64,000 nt of DNA from Nitrospirota bacterium (GTDB lineage: Bacteria > Nitrospirota > Thermodesulfovibrionia > Thermodesulfovibrionales > UBA1546): assembly GCA_016195565.1 (NCBI GenBank), contig JACPZK010000006.1, positions 30,900 to 94,899 of the forward strand, in the 5' to 3' direction. The translations under genes were made by a program, and so were the position numbers. Below, in pieces: positions 1-8,973 of the stretch (its first letter is position 1; the number at the start of each line of letters is the position of its first letter). The notes beneath the pieces were generated by a model. The model made no database searches and was not told the origin of the DNA. It saw nothing but the letters and a program-made list of their open reading frames with translations.

Positions 1-1199
1 GTATCGTACAGCTTGAATATTTCATCTCCCGGAACTGACTTCAAGCCTGCTTTCTTTGCCGCTGCAATTACTTCATCTATTATCTTCATGCCCTGCTCAA
101 GCGTCTTTGAAAAACGTTCCTCTTCAAATTTGAGAACCTTTGCCGCCCTCTCCTTTTCATCAATAAGTTCAGGATACGTATCACCCATGAAATCAGCCAC
201 GGGCTCGACAAGCCTATAAAGCACGGGTTCGCTGACACCAAGAAGTTTTGCGTGCCTTGACGCCCTTCTTATAATCCTTCTGAGGACATAACCCCTTCCC
301 TCATTTGACGGCATAAGTCCCTCGGAAAGCAGAAATGAAATCGCCCTGATATGGTCGGCAATAACCCTTATGGATATATCGCTCTCGGCGCTCTTTCCGT
401 AATCAACAATACCGTTTGCAGTCGCCGTTATTGCTGATATAAGAGGCATAAACAGATCAGTATCAAAATTATTAAGCTTCCCCTGCAAAACAGCGGAAAT
501 CCTTTCAAGTCCCATTCCCGTATCTATGCTTGGTTTTGGAAGAGGTGTAAGATTTCCTGATTCATCCCTGCTGTACTGCATAAAAACAAGATTCCACAGT
601 TCAAGAAATCTGTCGCAGTCGCATCCCGCCCTGCACTCAGAAGTACCGCATCCGACATGCTCTCCCCGGTCAATTATTATCTCAGAGCACGGGCCGCAGG
701 GTCCGGTATCTCCCATCTGCCAGAAGTTGTCTTTTGCGCCAAGGCGCACAATCCTGTCAGAAGAAATGCCGGTTAAATCTTTCCATAGTTTTTCAGCCTC
801 GTCATCCTTTTCATAAACAGAGACCCAGAGCTTGTCTTTAGGAAGCTTAAAGATATCCGTAAGAAGTTCCCATCCGAAGAGTATCGCATCTTTTTTAAAG
901 TAATCTCCAAACGAAAAATTCCCGAGCATTTCAAAAAACGTGTGATGCCTGGATGTGTGTCCTACATTTTCAAGGTCGCTGTGTTTGCCGCCTGCCCTGA
1001 GACATTTCTGGCATGAGACTGCCCTGGTGTATGGCTTTTTCTCTTCTCCCAGGAAAACAGATTTGAACTGCACCATGCCTGCATTTGTAAAAAGCAGCGT
1101 AGGGTCATTCTTGGGAATAAGGGACGAACTCCTTACTGCCTCGTGCCCTCTGGAGGAAAAATAATCCAGAAATGCCTTTCTTATATCTTTACTTTTCAT
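1..1199 (-). CDS. alaS: alanine--tRNA ligase, N-terminal ~400 codons (3' part of gene runs off the window start)
   Basis: Absent from the ORF track because it is open at the window edge. My minus-strand translation from ATG at 1199-1197 reads [46 protein letters not shown]...[14 protein letters not shown]...GPCGPCSEI, which are AlaRS catalytic-core motifs. Confidence 0.95.
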   Translation of the reverse strand, partial: MKSKDIRKAFLDYFSSRGHEAVRSSSLIPKNDPTLLFTNAGMVQFKSVFLGEEKKPYTRAVSCQKCLRAGGKHSDLENVGHTSRHHTFFEMLGNFSFGDYFKKDAILFGWELLTDIFKLPKDKLWVSVYEKDDEAEKLWKDLTGISSDRIVRLGAKDNFWQMGDTGPCGPCSEIIIDRGEHVGCGTSECRAGCDCDRFLELWNLVFMQYSRDESGNLTPLPKPSIDTGMGLERISAVLQGKLNNFDTDLFMPLISAITATANGIVDYGKSAESDISIRVIADHIRAISFLLSEGLMPSNEGRGYVLRRIIRRASRHAKLLGVSEPVLYRLVEPVADFMGDTYPELIDEKERAAKVLKFEEERFSKTLEQGMKIIDEVIAAAKKAGLKSVPGDEIFKLYD

Positions 1200-1264
1200 C
1201 TACTCTTGAATCCTGTTTTTCCTTGTCTGCAAATTGAGACTGCTAAAAAACCCCATATTTTAAT

Positions 1265-1390
1265 GTCATTGCGAGGAGCCCCGAATGCTTTCGGGGCGAC
1301 GTGGCAATCTCAAATATATTGATTTACATAAAAGCAAGATTGCTTCGCCTTCAGCTCGCAATGACAAGCGAGGGACCTGCTCGCAATGAC
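1265..1390. repeat. miniature palindromic repeat, family A (termini GTCATTGCGAG / CTCGCAATGAC), with an extra duplicated right terminus
   Basis: GTCATTGCGAGGAGC at 1265. The inverted terminus CTCGCAATGAC occurs at 1355-1365 and again at 1380-1390. Termini and internal GCAATCTC / AAGATTGC motifs match the copy at 60362-60433. Confidence 0.8.
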
Positions 1391-1426
1391 ACTTTTTCAG
1401 GGGTCTCAAATTCCTTTTCAATATCG

Positions 1427-1777
1427 TTAATTTTTAATTACTCCGGGTTCGCTGCTGATGATGTGCATAAGCTTCCCGTCAACGAATATTAGCTGCGTCT
1501 TTAAAAGACCCATCTTTGTATATATCCATTCTTCCCTGTATTTACCGTCCTCTGACGGCTTCAGCACGTTAACTTCTGCCGGTGAACCCCACGCATATCT
1601 GACCTGCTGCTGTGTCATGCCTGGAGCAATCTCGCTGCGTTTGATATTTTCCTGTATTGCCGCAGGAAATCCTTTTATTTCATCAGGCGAATACCTAACC
1701 GCATCAATACATCCCAAAACTGAAAAACAGAGAGCTGAAGCCATAATACATAAAGCTGACATGCTTTTCCTCATCAA
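1427..1777 (-). CDS. BamE (SmpA/OmlA)-like outer-membrane lipoprotein
   Basis: Signal peptide with lipobox FSVLGC. GMTQQQVRYAWGSP resembles the BamE core motif. Confidence 0.6.
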   Translation of the reverse strand: MMRKSMSALCIMASALCFSVLGCIDAVRYSPDEIKGFPAAIQENIKRSEIAPGMTQQQVRYAWGSPAEVNVLKPSEDGKYREEWIYTKMGLLKTQLIFVDGKLMHIISSEPGVIKN

Positions 1778-1778
1778 T

Positions 1779-2255
1779 TTACTCCTCCTTTATCTCGAAT
1801 TGTCTAAGTATCTTATTGATTGTATCAAAAGAATACCCTTTCCTGACAAGAAATCTCCACATTTTTTTCTTAATTTCCTCAGCGGAATAATTTTCAATGC
1901 TTTTTACTTTTTTGCTTACAACCTTCTTTGCCCTGATTATCTCATCAGAGTCATCATCAGTAAAAACATCTCTTATTAACTCATCGGGTATTCCCCTGCG
2001 CTGAAGAAAAATTCTGACTCCGCGAGCGCCGAGCAGTTTTGCATCTTCAGCAATTCTTCTGAGAGATAAAGCAAGCGCTGTATCATTTATAAATCCTTTT
2101 TCACTTAAATGGTTAAGGGCCTGCTGTATAAGCTCCTCTGAAAAACCTTTCCACTTGAGCTTATCAGTAAGTTCTTTTTCACTCCTGTCCCTATAACTCA
2201 GCAGTCTGTAAGCATACCGAATCGCATCTGTTTTGTTCGAATTAGAAAAACTCAT
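1779..2255 (-). CDS. recX: recombination regulator RecX
   Basis: 158 aa; YAYRLLSYRDRSEKELTDKLKWKGF and repeated helical RecX-type units; sits in a recA neighbourhood. Confidence 0.85.
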   Translation of the reverse strand: MSFSNSNKTDAIRYAYRLLSYRDRSEKELTDKLKWKGFSEELIQQALNHLSEKGFINDTALALSLRRIAEDAKLLGARGVRIFLQRRGIPDELIRDVFTDDDSDEIIRAKKVVSKKVKSIENYSAEEIKKKMWRFLVRKGYSFDTINKILRQFEIKEE

Positions 2256-2290
2256 TTTTATAGGGCATGCTCGTCCGCCTAAGGCGGCAA

Positions 2291-3436
2291 TTACTTGCTG
2301 AATCTCTCAATCTTCATCTGGTCTTTCTGGGGCTGAGATGGCGGCTCAAATGTAAGGTCGCTTGTAGATTGAATGCCTTTCACCTTTAGCGCAAAATCAT
2401 CAGCGTTAGTCGCTCCCCTAAGAGCCTCCTCATATGTAATAAGCCCGGATTTATAAAGCTTGAAGAGAGACTGGTCAAATGTCTGCATATTATAATGAAC
2501 CGAACCCTGAGCAATAACATCCGTGAGCAGCTTTGTTTTGTCAGCATCAAGTATGCAATCCTTAACTGTCATAGTAGCGACAAGCACTTCAACCGCCGGG
2601 ACCCTGCCTCTGCCGTCGGCCCTCGGCATAAGCCTCATTGAGATTATGCCTTTAATGACAGATGCAAGCTGCATCCTGACCTGCTTATGCTGATAAGGGG
2701 GGAAAACAGATATTATTCTGTTTATTGTCTCCATTGCATCAATCGTATGAAGGGTGCTGAGCACAAGATGTCCTGTCTCTGCGGCTGTAAGAGATATCTG
2801 AATTGTCTCAAAGTCACGCATTTCGCCCACGAGAATTACATCAGGGTCCTGCCTGAGCGCTGCCCGCAAGGCCTTGCTGAAAGACTCTGTATCATTGCCG
2901 ACCTCTCTCTGATTTATGATGCTGCTTTTATCTCTGTGCAGATATTCGATAGGGTCTTCTATCGTTACAATGTTGTTTGTGCGATTCGTATTGATATAAT
3001 CAATCATCGCGGCAAGCGTCGTTGACTTGCCACTGCCTGTTGTGCCTGTGACAAGTATAAGCCCGCGAGATTCAAGAGCTATCTTTTTTAAAACATCAGG
3101 CAGCTGAAGTTCTTCTATGGTTGGAATCCTCATAGGTATCACCCTGAATACAATGCCGACTGCGCCTCGCTGGACAAACACATTGCACCTGAATCTGCCG
3201 AGTCCGGGTATGCTGTATGCAAGGTCCAGATCGTTTTTCTTTTTAAAAATCTCTCTCTGCCCCGGGCTCATCACGGAGTATGCAATCTTTAGCGCATCTT
3301 CCTGAGAAACCTTATTTACCAATGCCACCGGCGCCAGTTCTCCGTTAACTCTCATTATGGGCGGAGAGCCGACTTTTATATGAAGGTCGGATGCATTCTG
3401 CGCCATAGCAGTTTTAAGGAGCTCATTTACTTCCAT
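2291..3436 (-). CDS. pilT: type IV pilus retraction ATPase, PilT family
   Basis: ASDLHIKVGSPPIMRVNG N-terminus, Walker A GTTGSGKSTT, DPDVILVGEMRD, LSTLHT. Start moved to ATG 3436 (GGAGGA Shine-Dalgarno 7 nt upstream) instead of the track's TTG at 3451. Confidence 0.8.
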   Translation of the reverse strand: MEVNELLKTAMAQNASDLHIKVGSPPIMRVNGELAPVALVNKVSQEDALKIAYSVMSPGQREIFKKKNDLDLAYSIPGLGRFRCNVFVQRGAVGIVFRVIPMRIPTIEELQLPDVLKKIALESRGLILVTGTTGSGKSTTLAAMIDYINTNRTNNIVTIEDPIEYLHRDKSSIINQREVGNDTESFSKALRAALRQDPDVILVGEMRDFETIQISLTAAETGHLVLSTLHTIDAMETINRIISVFPPYQHKQVRMQLASVIKGIISMRLMPRADGRGRVPAVEVLVATMTVKDCILDADKTKLLTDVIAQGSVHYNMQTFDQSLFKLYKSGLITYEEALRGATNADDFALKVKGIQSTSDLTFEPPSQPQKDQMKIERFSK

Positions 3437-3450
3437 TGTATCTTCCTCCA

Positions 3451-3478
3451 AAAAGTTAAAAGTTGAAAGTTAAAAGTT
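3451..3478. repeat. four tandem heptamers (AAAAGTT AAAAGTT GAAAGTT AAAAGTT) just upstream of pilT
   Basis: Read directly in the recA-pilT spacer. Confidence 0.6.
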
Positions 3479-3523
3479 TTAAAACTCTTAACTCTTGCTC
3501 CGAACTTAAGCTGACACTCATGC

Positions 3524-4549
3524 TTACTTCCTCGCATTAATGGCATCCATGATTTTAGTCTCTATCTCTTTTGCAGCGTCAGGATTATTTTTCAGAAATT
3601 CCTTGACGTTCTCCCTTCCCTGCCCGATCCTGTTACCGCTGTAACTGTACCATGCGCCTGATTTTTCGACGATTCCCTTTTCAACTCCGATATCCACAAG
3701 TTCTCCTGCCCTTGATATTCCCTCGTTGAAGTATATATCAAATTCTGCCTGTTTGAATGGCGGCGCAACCTTGTTCTTCACAACCTTGACCCTCACCCTT
3801 CCGCCTATGGCTTCCTGATTCTCCTTTATGCTGTCTATTTTTCTTATATCAAGCCTCATGGATGAATAAAACTTCAATGCATTCCCGCCTGTGGTTGTCT
3901 CAGGATTTCCGAACATTACCCCTATTTTCATTCGTAGCTGGTTTATAAATATAACTGTAGTCAGAGACTTTGAGATTGCCGCTGTAAGCTTTCTTAATGC
4001 CTGGCTCATGAGCCTTGCCTGCAGTCCCATCTGTGCATCGCCCATATCACCTTCTATCTCTGCCTTTGGCACAAGGGCCGCTACAGAATCTATGACAACA
4101 ATATCAACTGCTCCGCTCCTTACCAGCGCCTCGGTAACCTCAAGCGCCTGCTCGCCTGTATCAGGCTGAGATATAAGGAGGTCTTCAATCTTTACGCCGA
4201 GTTTTTTTGCATAATTTGTATCCAGCGCATGTTCAGCATCAATAAAAGCAGCAGTGCCGCCGGCCTGCTGGGTCTGTGCAATTGCATTAAGGGCAAGTGT
4301 TGTTTTGCCGGACGACTCCGGTCCATATATCTCTACAACCCTTCCTCTCGGGTATCCTCCTACGCCGGTTGCTATATCAAGCGCAATTGAGCCTGTAGGT
4401 ATAACCTGAATTCCTTCCGCGACCTCTCCTGCGCCAAGCCTCATTATCGCGCCCTTGCCAAAATTCTTTTCTATCTGAGAAATCGCCATCTCAAGTGCCT
4501 TAATCTTATCCTTACTCGTAACGTCCTTACTCACTTCCTTGCTCATCAT
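3524..4549 (-). CDS. recA: recombinase RecA
   Basis: [19 protein letters not shown] Walker [47 protein letters not shown]. Confidence 0.98.
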   Translation of the reverse strand: MMSKEVSKDVTSKDKIKALEMAISQIEKNFGKGAIMRLGAGEVAEGIQVIPTGSIALDIATGVGGYPRGRVVEIYGPESSGKTTLALNAIAQTQQAGGTAAFIDAEHALDTNYAKKLGVKIEDLLISQPDTGEQALEVTEALVRSGAVDIVVIDSVAALVPKAEIEGDMGDAQMGLQARLMSQALRKLTAAISKSLTTVIFINQLRMKIGVMFGNPETTTGGNALKFYSSMRLDIRKIDSIKENQEAIGGRVRVKVVKNKVAPPFKQAEFDIYFNEGISRAGELVDIGVEKGIVEKSGAWYSYSGNRIGQGRENVKEFLKNNPDAAKEIETKIMDAINARK

Positions 4550-5135
4550 GCCTCCTTTTGAAATCTATCTTTACCTTTCCGATAGAAATCTCGCTCAGTT
4601 TAAAATGCTCTGCTCCGCCCGGCTTAAGTTCGCTCTTCATCAGTGTTATATTGATAACCTCTATCTTACCAAAATCCACTTCCTTTAGTGTAGCAAGTTC
4701 TTTTATCAGCAGACCCATGTTTTTTAAAGATTTCATCCTTCCAACAGTAAGATGCGGCGTGAACTGCTTGTCATCTTTTTCGAAGCCAAGTCCTGCCATT
4801 GATGCATCTACGTCATGCTGTAGTTTTATTATTTCTTCTGTATCATGCACGCCAAGCCATATAACCCTTGGATATTTTACATTCGGGAATGCGCCCGCGC
4901 CCGATATCTGAAGAGAAAATCTATCATGTGATTTAGACAGAGAAAGCAGTCTTTCATTTATACTTTTCAGTAGTTCTTCAGTCGTATCTCCTAAAAATTT
5001 CAGGGTCAGGTGGAGGTTCTCAGGCGGAATCCACTTTACATCCGCCCCCGCTGCCTTCAGTTTTTCTATGCAACTATAAATGTTTTTCTTAAGTTCCTCC
5101 GGCAATTCCAGTGATATAAAACACCTTAACCCCAT
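4527..5135 (-). CDS. thpR: RNA 2',3'-cyclic phosphodiesterase (2'-5' RNA ligase family)
   Basis: Two H-x-T/S-x motifs (HLTLKFLG and HLTVGR) typical of the 2H phosphoesterase family. Confidence 0.8.
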   Translation of the reverse strand: MGLRCFISLELPEELKKNIYSCIEKLKAAGADVKWIPPENLHLTLKFLGDTTEELLKSINERLLSLSKSHDRFSLQISGAGAFPNVKYPRVIWLGVHDTEEIIKLQHDVDASMAGLGFEKDDKQFTPHLTVGRMKSLKNMGLLIKELATLKEVDFGKIEVINITLMKSELKPGGAEHFKLSEISIGKVKIDFKRRHDEQGSE

Positions 5136-5614
5136 ACAGATACAACTCCATAAAGGAACTCTAATGCGGCAGCAGAAGCAGACAGTTTTATTTCATCTCT
5201 TGAGCCTTCAAAGATCATCCCTTTCGATTCAATCCCGCCTGCAAAAGATACGGCAATAAAAACCAATCCTGTCTTTTTATCCTCTATGGGTTCTGGGCCG
5301 AGGTTGCCTGTAATTGAGAGCGCAAAATCAGTTTTTGCCTTAAGCCTCACACTTTCTGCCATCGCCTTAGCTGTCTGCTCACTGACAGCTCCGTATCTTT
5401 TTAAAATTGATTTTTTGACGCCTAAAAGTTTTTCTTTTGATATCGGCGAGTAACATACAACTGCTGAATCAAAAAAATCTGATGCGCCTGGCAGATGAGC
5501 AATCAGAGAGCTTATAAAACCGGCAGTGCAGGATTCAGCAAGAGAAAGCGTGAGTTTCTTTGACTTAAAAATCCCGTGTAATTTTCTGATTAATTCTAAT
5601 TCAGGAGTTTCCAT
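5126..5614 (-). CDS. pncC: CinA C-terminal domain protein / nicotinamide-nucleotide amidohydrolase
   Basis: 162 aa; LSLAESCTAGFISSLI and ALSITGNLGP motifs of the CinA/PncC domain; upstream of recA as in many genomes. Confidence 0.8.
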   Translation of the reverse strand: METPELELIRKLHGIFKSKKLTLSLAESCTAGFISSLIAHLPGASDFFDSAVVCYSPISKEKLLGVKKSILKRYGAVSEQTAKAMAESVRLKAKTDFALSITGNLGPEPIEDKKTGLVFIAVSFAGGIESKGMIFEGSRDEIKLSASAAALEFLYGVVSVWG

Positions 5615-6039
5615 AACTGTAACACCAGATTCGTATACACCGCAGCGCCTATGTCATCTGCCATTATCCCAAGACCGCCTTTGAAAACATATTCAAGCCT
5701 TCTCAGCGGAGGCGGTTTGAGTATATCAAAGAATCTGAATAAAACAAACGCAGCTATTACATAGCCCCAGCTAAGAGGCAAAAATAACAGGGATGCCATA
5801 TAGCCTGCAAATTCATCAATCACTATATGGCGCGAATCTTTCTGTCTGAAAAGTTCTTCTGCCCTGCCTGACGACACAATGCCTGCGATTATAAAAAAAA
5901 CAGTCAGTCCTATGTGCAGAGGCAGAGACGGCTTAAGGATAACCATAAATACAAGCGCTGCCAGAGTTCCGAACGTACCCGGAGCAAAAGGCAGATAGCC
6001 GATAAAACCAAGGGTAGCTATGTACTTTAAAAAAGTCAT
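5596..6039 (-). CDS. pgpA: phosphatidylglycerophosphatase A
   Basis: 147 aa membrane protein; GFIGYLPFAPGTFGTL and FRFFDILKPPP motifs of PgpA. Confidence 0.85.
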   Translation of the reverse strand: MTFLKYIATLGFIGYLPFAPGTFGTLAALVFMVILKPSLPLHIGLTVFFIIAGIVSSGRAEELFRQKDSRHIVIDEFAGYMASLLFLPLSWGYVIAAFVLFRFFDILKPPPLRRLEYVFKGGLGIMADDIGAAVYTNLVLQLWKLLN

Positions 6040-6263
6040 TTAATAGGTAAGTTGACCTGTTGCTGAATGCTTTGAGCGGCATCAGAGAATTTTTGGTAAT
6101 AAATCTCGGCGAAGTGGAAGATAAGCAATTTCAACTGTTTGAGCCTGTCAGACTCGTCTGATTCGTTGAGGCGAAAAGGCGAGTTTTGAAATTGCCTGTA
6201 ACGAGCCATAGATTTGTCAAAAATTCTCTGCAGAAAGCGAAAAGTGTTCAGCAACTGCATCAA
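6036..6263 (-). CDS. hypothetical small protein
   Basis: 75-aa ORF whose stop overlaps the pgpA start by 4 nt (coupling suggests it is real); no recognisable motif. Confidence 0.4.
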   Translation of the reverse strand: MMQLLNTFRFLQRIFDKSMARYRQFQNSPFRLNESDESDRLKQLKLLIFHFAEIYYQKFSDAAQSIQQQVNLPIK

Positions 6264-6276
6264 CTGACTCCTTTTT

Positions 6277-6696
6277 TTACTCTTCTATTATTTTATAGCT
6301 CCATGTTACTTTTGCAGAGCCTTCAAGCGTCGCTTTAACAGAACAGTATTTTTCCATCGAAAGCTCAACAGCCCTTTTTACTGCACCCTCAGAGACATTT
6401 CTGCCTCTCACTATAAACTCCATATCTATGTCAGTGAACTTCTTCGGATAGTTTTCAGCCTTTTCTCCTTTAACCTTAATCTCAACCCCGTTTATTTCCT
6501 GTTTCTTCTTTTTAAGTATAGAGACAATATCCATCCCTGAACATCCGCCAAGCCCTATCAGAAGCAGTTCCATCGGTCTGGCGCCGGTATTTCTTCCTCC
6601 GACCTCCTTATCACCATCCATAACTATTGTATGTCCTGATGCCGCCTCGCCGACAAATTGGAGACCATCTACATAAGTTACCTTTGCTTCAAGCAT
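6277..6696 (-). CDS. OsmC/Ohr family peroxiredoxin-like protein
   Basis: 139 aa; GARPMELLLIGLGGCSGMDIVSIL and EKYCSV, the two-Cys OsmC pattern. Confidence 0.8.
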   Translation of the reverse strand: MLEAKVTYVDGLQFVGEAASGHTIVMDGDKEVGGRNTGARPMELLLIGLGGCSGMDIVSILKKKKQEINGVEIKVKGEKAENYPKKFTDIDMEFIVRGRNVSEGAVKRAVELSMEKYCSVKATLEGSAKVTWSYKIIEE

Positions 6697-6884
6697 CGTT
6701 TCCTCCAGAGAAAATTGATTAGATAAATCATTAAATCAGAGGCATGAAGGTTTGTCAAGCGAGTTGTCTTTGATGAGGCATATTTTTCAGCTCATAGACA
6801 GAGAGGCTGTCTATTACACCCGCATATTTGACAATAAATGTATCCATAAGTTACGATATATCCACTTGCCTTTCACATCTAAAT

Positions 6885-6964
<80 letters not shown>

Positions 6965-7489
6965 ATAAATCCATAGCCTTCAAAAATAGAACTAAGACCA
7001 TAATTCGCTTCGAAACAACAAACGTCGTGATTATCAAAGAGGCTATGGCGAAACCAACGAGGAAATGATAATAGTATTTGAGAAGTTCGCCCGAGTCTGC
7101 CCTGACTAAGAAAAAGGACCATCATCGTGAAGTTGTAGACGGCATGCAGCAACTTGAGATATGCGATTATCTGCCCGCTCACCATTTTTCAGACTGGACC
7201 TCTTCCCGACTATACACTTTGACTGGTTCACACCGGTAGGCTATCAATATGGCAACGGCTTGTCAATATGGCAAGAACGCACGTTACTCATTATGAGACA
7301 AAAAGAATAATTCCTGATATTGGAAATTCCTCTTCAGGATTGGGAATATTTTTCAGCGTTAAGCTATAATCTATTATCTCAAAAACAGCAGTTGATCACG
7401 CCAACAGTTTCCTATGCGTTCTCGCTTAGAAGCGCTTACTTTTGGCTGTGAACTCTGTGGTTAAATGTTTTTTCAGGATTATCAAAACC

Positions 7490-8122
7490 ATGGAGAAAAC
7501 GAATACAATGCGATTTTCGAAAAAAACGAACCTTAAAGGATTTTTCTTTGCAGCCTTCGCTCTACTGCTTTTCCTTGTTACTTCACCGGCCTTCGCAGGA
7601 GAACAGGAGCTTGGAGTAGACAAAGCAAAGGGGCACTGGACTGTTTCAACCGGTTATGGAGTCACTCACCCGGGACTCGGCGCCACGGAAACGAAGGTAG
7701 AAACAGCGGAGCTCATATTGAGCTACGGGCACTTTTTATCTGAAGAAGTCGGTAAATCATGGTATCGCGGAAGGCATGAGATAATCGTTGAACTGCCCCT
7801 GCATTATGTTGTCAGCCCTGAAACAACGCCGATGGTCGGCATCACTTTTCTTGCATGCTGGACCTTTACGGCCTCGAAAACGCTTACCCCTTACATCTTT
7901 GGGGGAGGCGGGTTAGTATACACAGACCTCAACGTGCCTGAACTCGGAAGAAAGCTCAACGGCACCCATCAGGTCGGAACGGGGTTCCATTATTTTTTCA
8001 GGAAGAATACCAGTCTGGATTTCAGCTACCGGTTTCATCATATCTCTAACGCCGGAACCGCAACGCCCAACGGACCTCTGAATTCGAGCAAAATACTTTT
8101 CGGCATCTCTTTCTTCCGCTAA
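7490..8122 (+). CDS. PagL-like lipid A 3-O-deacylase / acyloxyacyl hydrolase family outer-membrane protein
   Basis: Signal peptide (FFFAAFALLLFLVTSPAFA), beta-barrel-like alternating sequence, and FSYRFHHISNAG near the C-terminus (PagL His/Ser catalytic region). Start placed at ATG 7490 rather than the track's TTG 7442. Confidence 0.65.
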   Translation: MEKTNTMRFSKKTNLKGFFFAAFALLLFLVTSPAFAGEQELGVDKAKGHWTVSTGYGVTHPGLGATETKVETAELILSYGHFLSEEVGKSWYRGRHEIIVELPLHYVVSPETTPMVGITFLACWTFTASKTLTPYIFGGGGLVYTDLNVPELGRKLNGTHQVGTGFHYFFRKNTSLDFSYRFHHISNAGTATPNGPLNSSKILFGISFFR

Positions 8123-8161
8123 TGCACTCCCCTTTTTAATCTAATTTCTCGAAGGCTGTAT

Positions 8162-8929
8162 TCACATACATCTTTCCGCAGCTTTTCCGTCTTTCCGGCA
8201 GACGAGCAGTACCTCACTCACCAACTCGGTGTCGATCATCCGGGGGAAGAGTGCAAGCTTCTTCTGAAAGCGCAATCCCAGCGACATAAATACATGGCTA
8301 TACCACCACATCGCCTTCTTGCGCCGATGTGTGAGGAACCACATCCCGATATCGAGCAGGCGCGACGATTTCGGCTTCATCCCATAAATAGCGCTCTGCT
8401 CCACAGTGTAGCCGTGCTCCTTGAGCTTGGCGAGCAGGCGCTCTGGTTCGTAACGGCGCCGGTGCCCTACGAAGTCATCGAATGCCGTCCACTGCGATGT
8501 GTGAAGCGGTACTGAGAGGAGAAATGCTGCGCCGGGAGCAGCCACACGTGACAACTCGGATAACGCACCATCATCATCGTCAACATGCTCTACAATGTCG
8601 AGGGCGCAGACGAGATCAAACATGCCATCAGAAAACGGAAGCGAGGACACGAGGCCAGAAACTGCGTTTGCTCCACGTGCGCGCAGTTTGGCAATTGCCG
8701 GCTCGCTGCTATCCACGAAGTATGTATCTTTGAGAGGGAGCCTGGGCCTCAGGCCGGGTGCTACTTCAAGCTGCTTATCCGACGGAGAGACAAGTGAGCA
8801 TACGAGCGGCCAGGTGTTGAAGCGCTCGGGTTCGATCAAATGCGCGTCTGTCCACAGCGGATCGTAAAACCGGCGGTTTGCTTCGAGAAGCTCAGGGTCA
8901 GTACGATTGTGCAAATGGGCTGGATCCAT
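8162..8929 (-). CDS. class I SAM-dependent methyltransferase (compositionally atypical, G+C-rich)
   Basis: LEVAPGLRP (motif I-like) and FDLVCALDIVEHVDDDDGALSEL...GAAFLLSVP (Methyltransf_11/23-like). Last gene of the minus-strand run. Confidence 0.75.
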   Translation of the reverse strand: MDPAHLHNRTDPELLEANRRFYDPLWTDAHLIEPERFNTWPLVCSLVSPSDKQLEVAPGLRPRLPLKDTYFVDSSEPAIAKLRARGANAVSGLVSSLPFSDGMFDLVCALDIVEHVDDDDGALSELSRVAAPGAAFLLSVPLHTSQWTAFDDFVGHRRRYEPERLLAKLKEHGYTVEQSAIYGMKPKSSRLLDIGMWFLTHRRKKAMWWYSHVFMSLGLRFQKKLALFPRMIDTELVSEVLLVCRKDGKAAERCM

Positions 8930-8973
8930 CTATCCCTCCTTTTTTAGTTTCTGTTTAAGTTTCATTTCAGCTC

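Noticed and set aside
1458-1979. 173-aa plus-strand ORF, and similar long antisense ORFs (e.g. 21272-21856, 22746-23306, 38609-39145, 57903-58631)
   Set aside because: Each lies antisense to a gene with strong family motifs, lacks motifs of its own, and has Ser/Leu/Phe-rich shadow-frame composition.
6965-7489. Search for an integrase, excisionase or transposase in the island arms (also 39840-40321)
   Set aside because: Reading all six frames by eye gave no extended ORF or recognisable recombinase motif in either arm. Absence is reported as an observation rather than a feature. A profile-based search could still find a short pseudogene.
8294-8867. Four overlapping plus-strand ORFs (73-90 aa) inside the methyltransferase gene
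   Set aside because: They are Arg/Pro/Ser-rich antisense frames, typical shadow ORFs of a GC-rich gene. The minus-strand frame carries the methyltransferase motifs.
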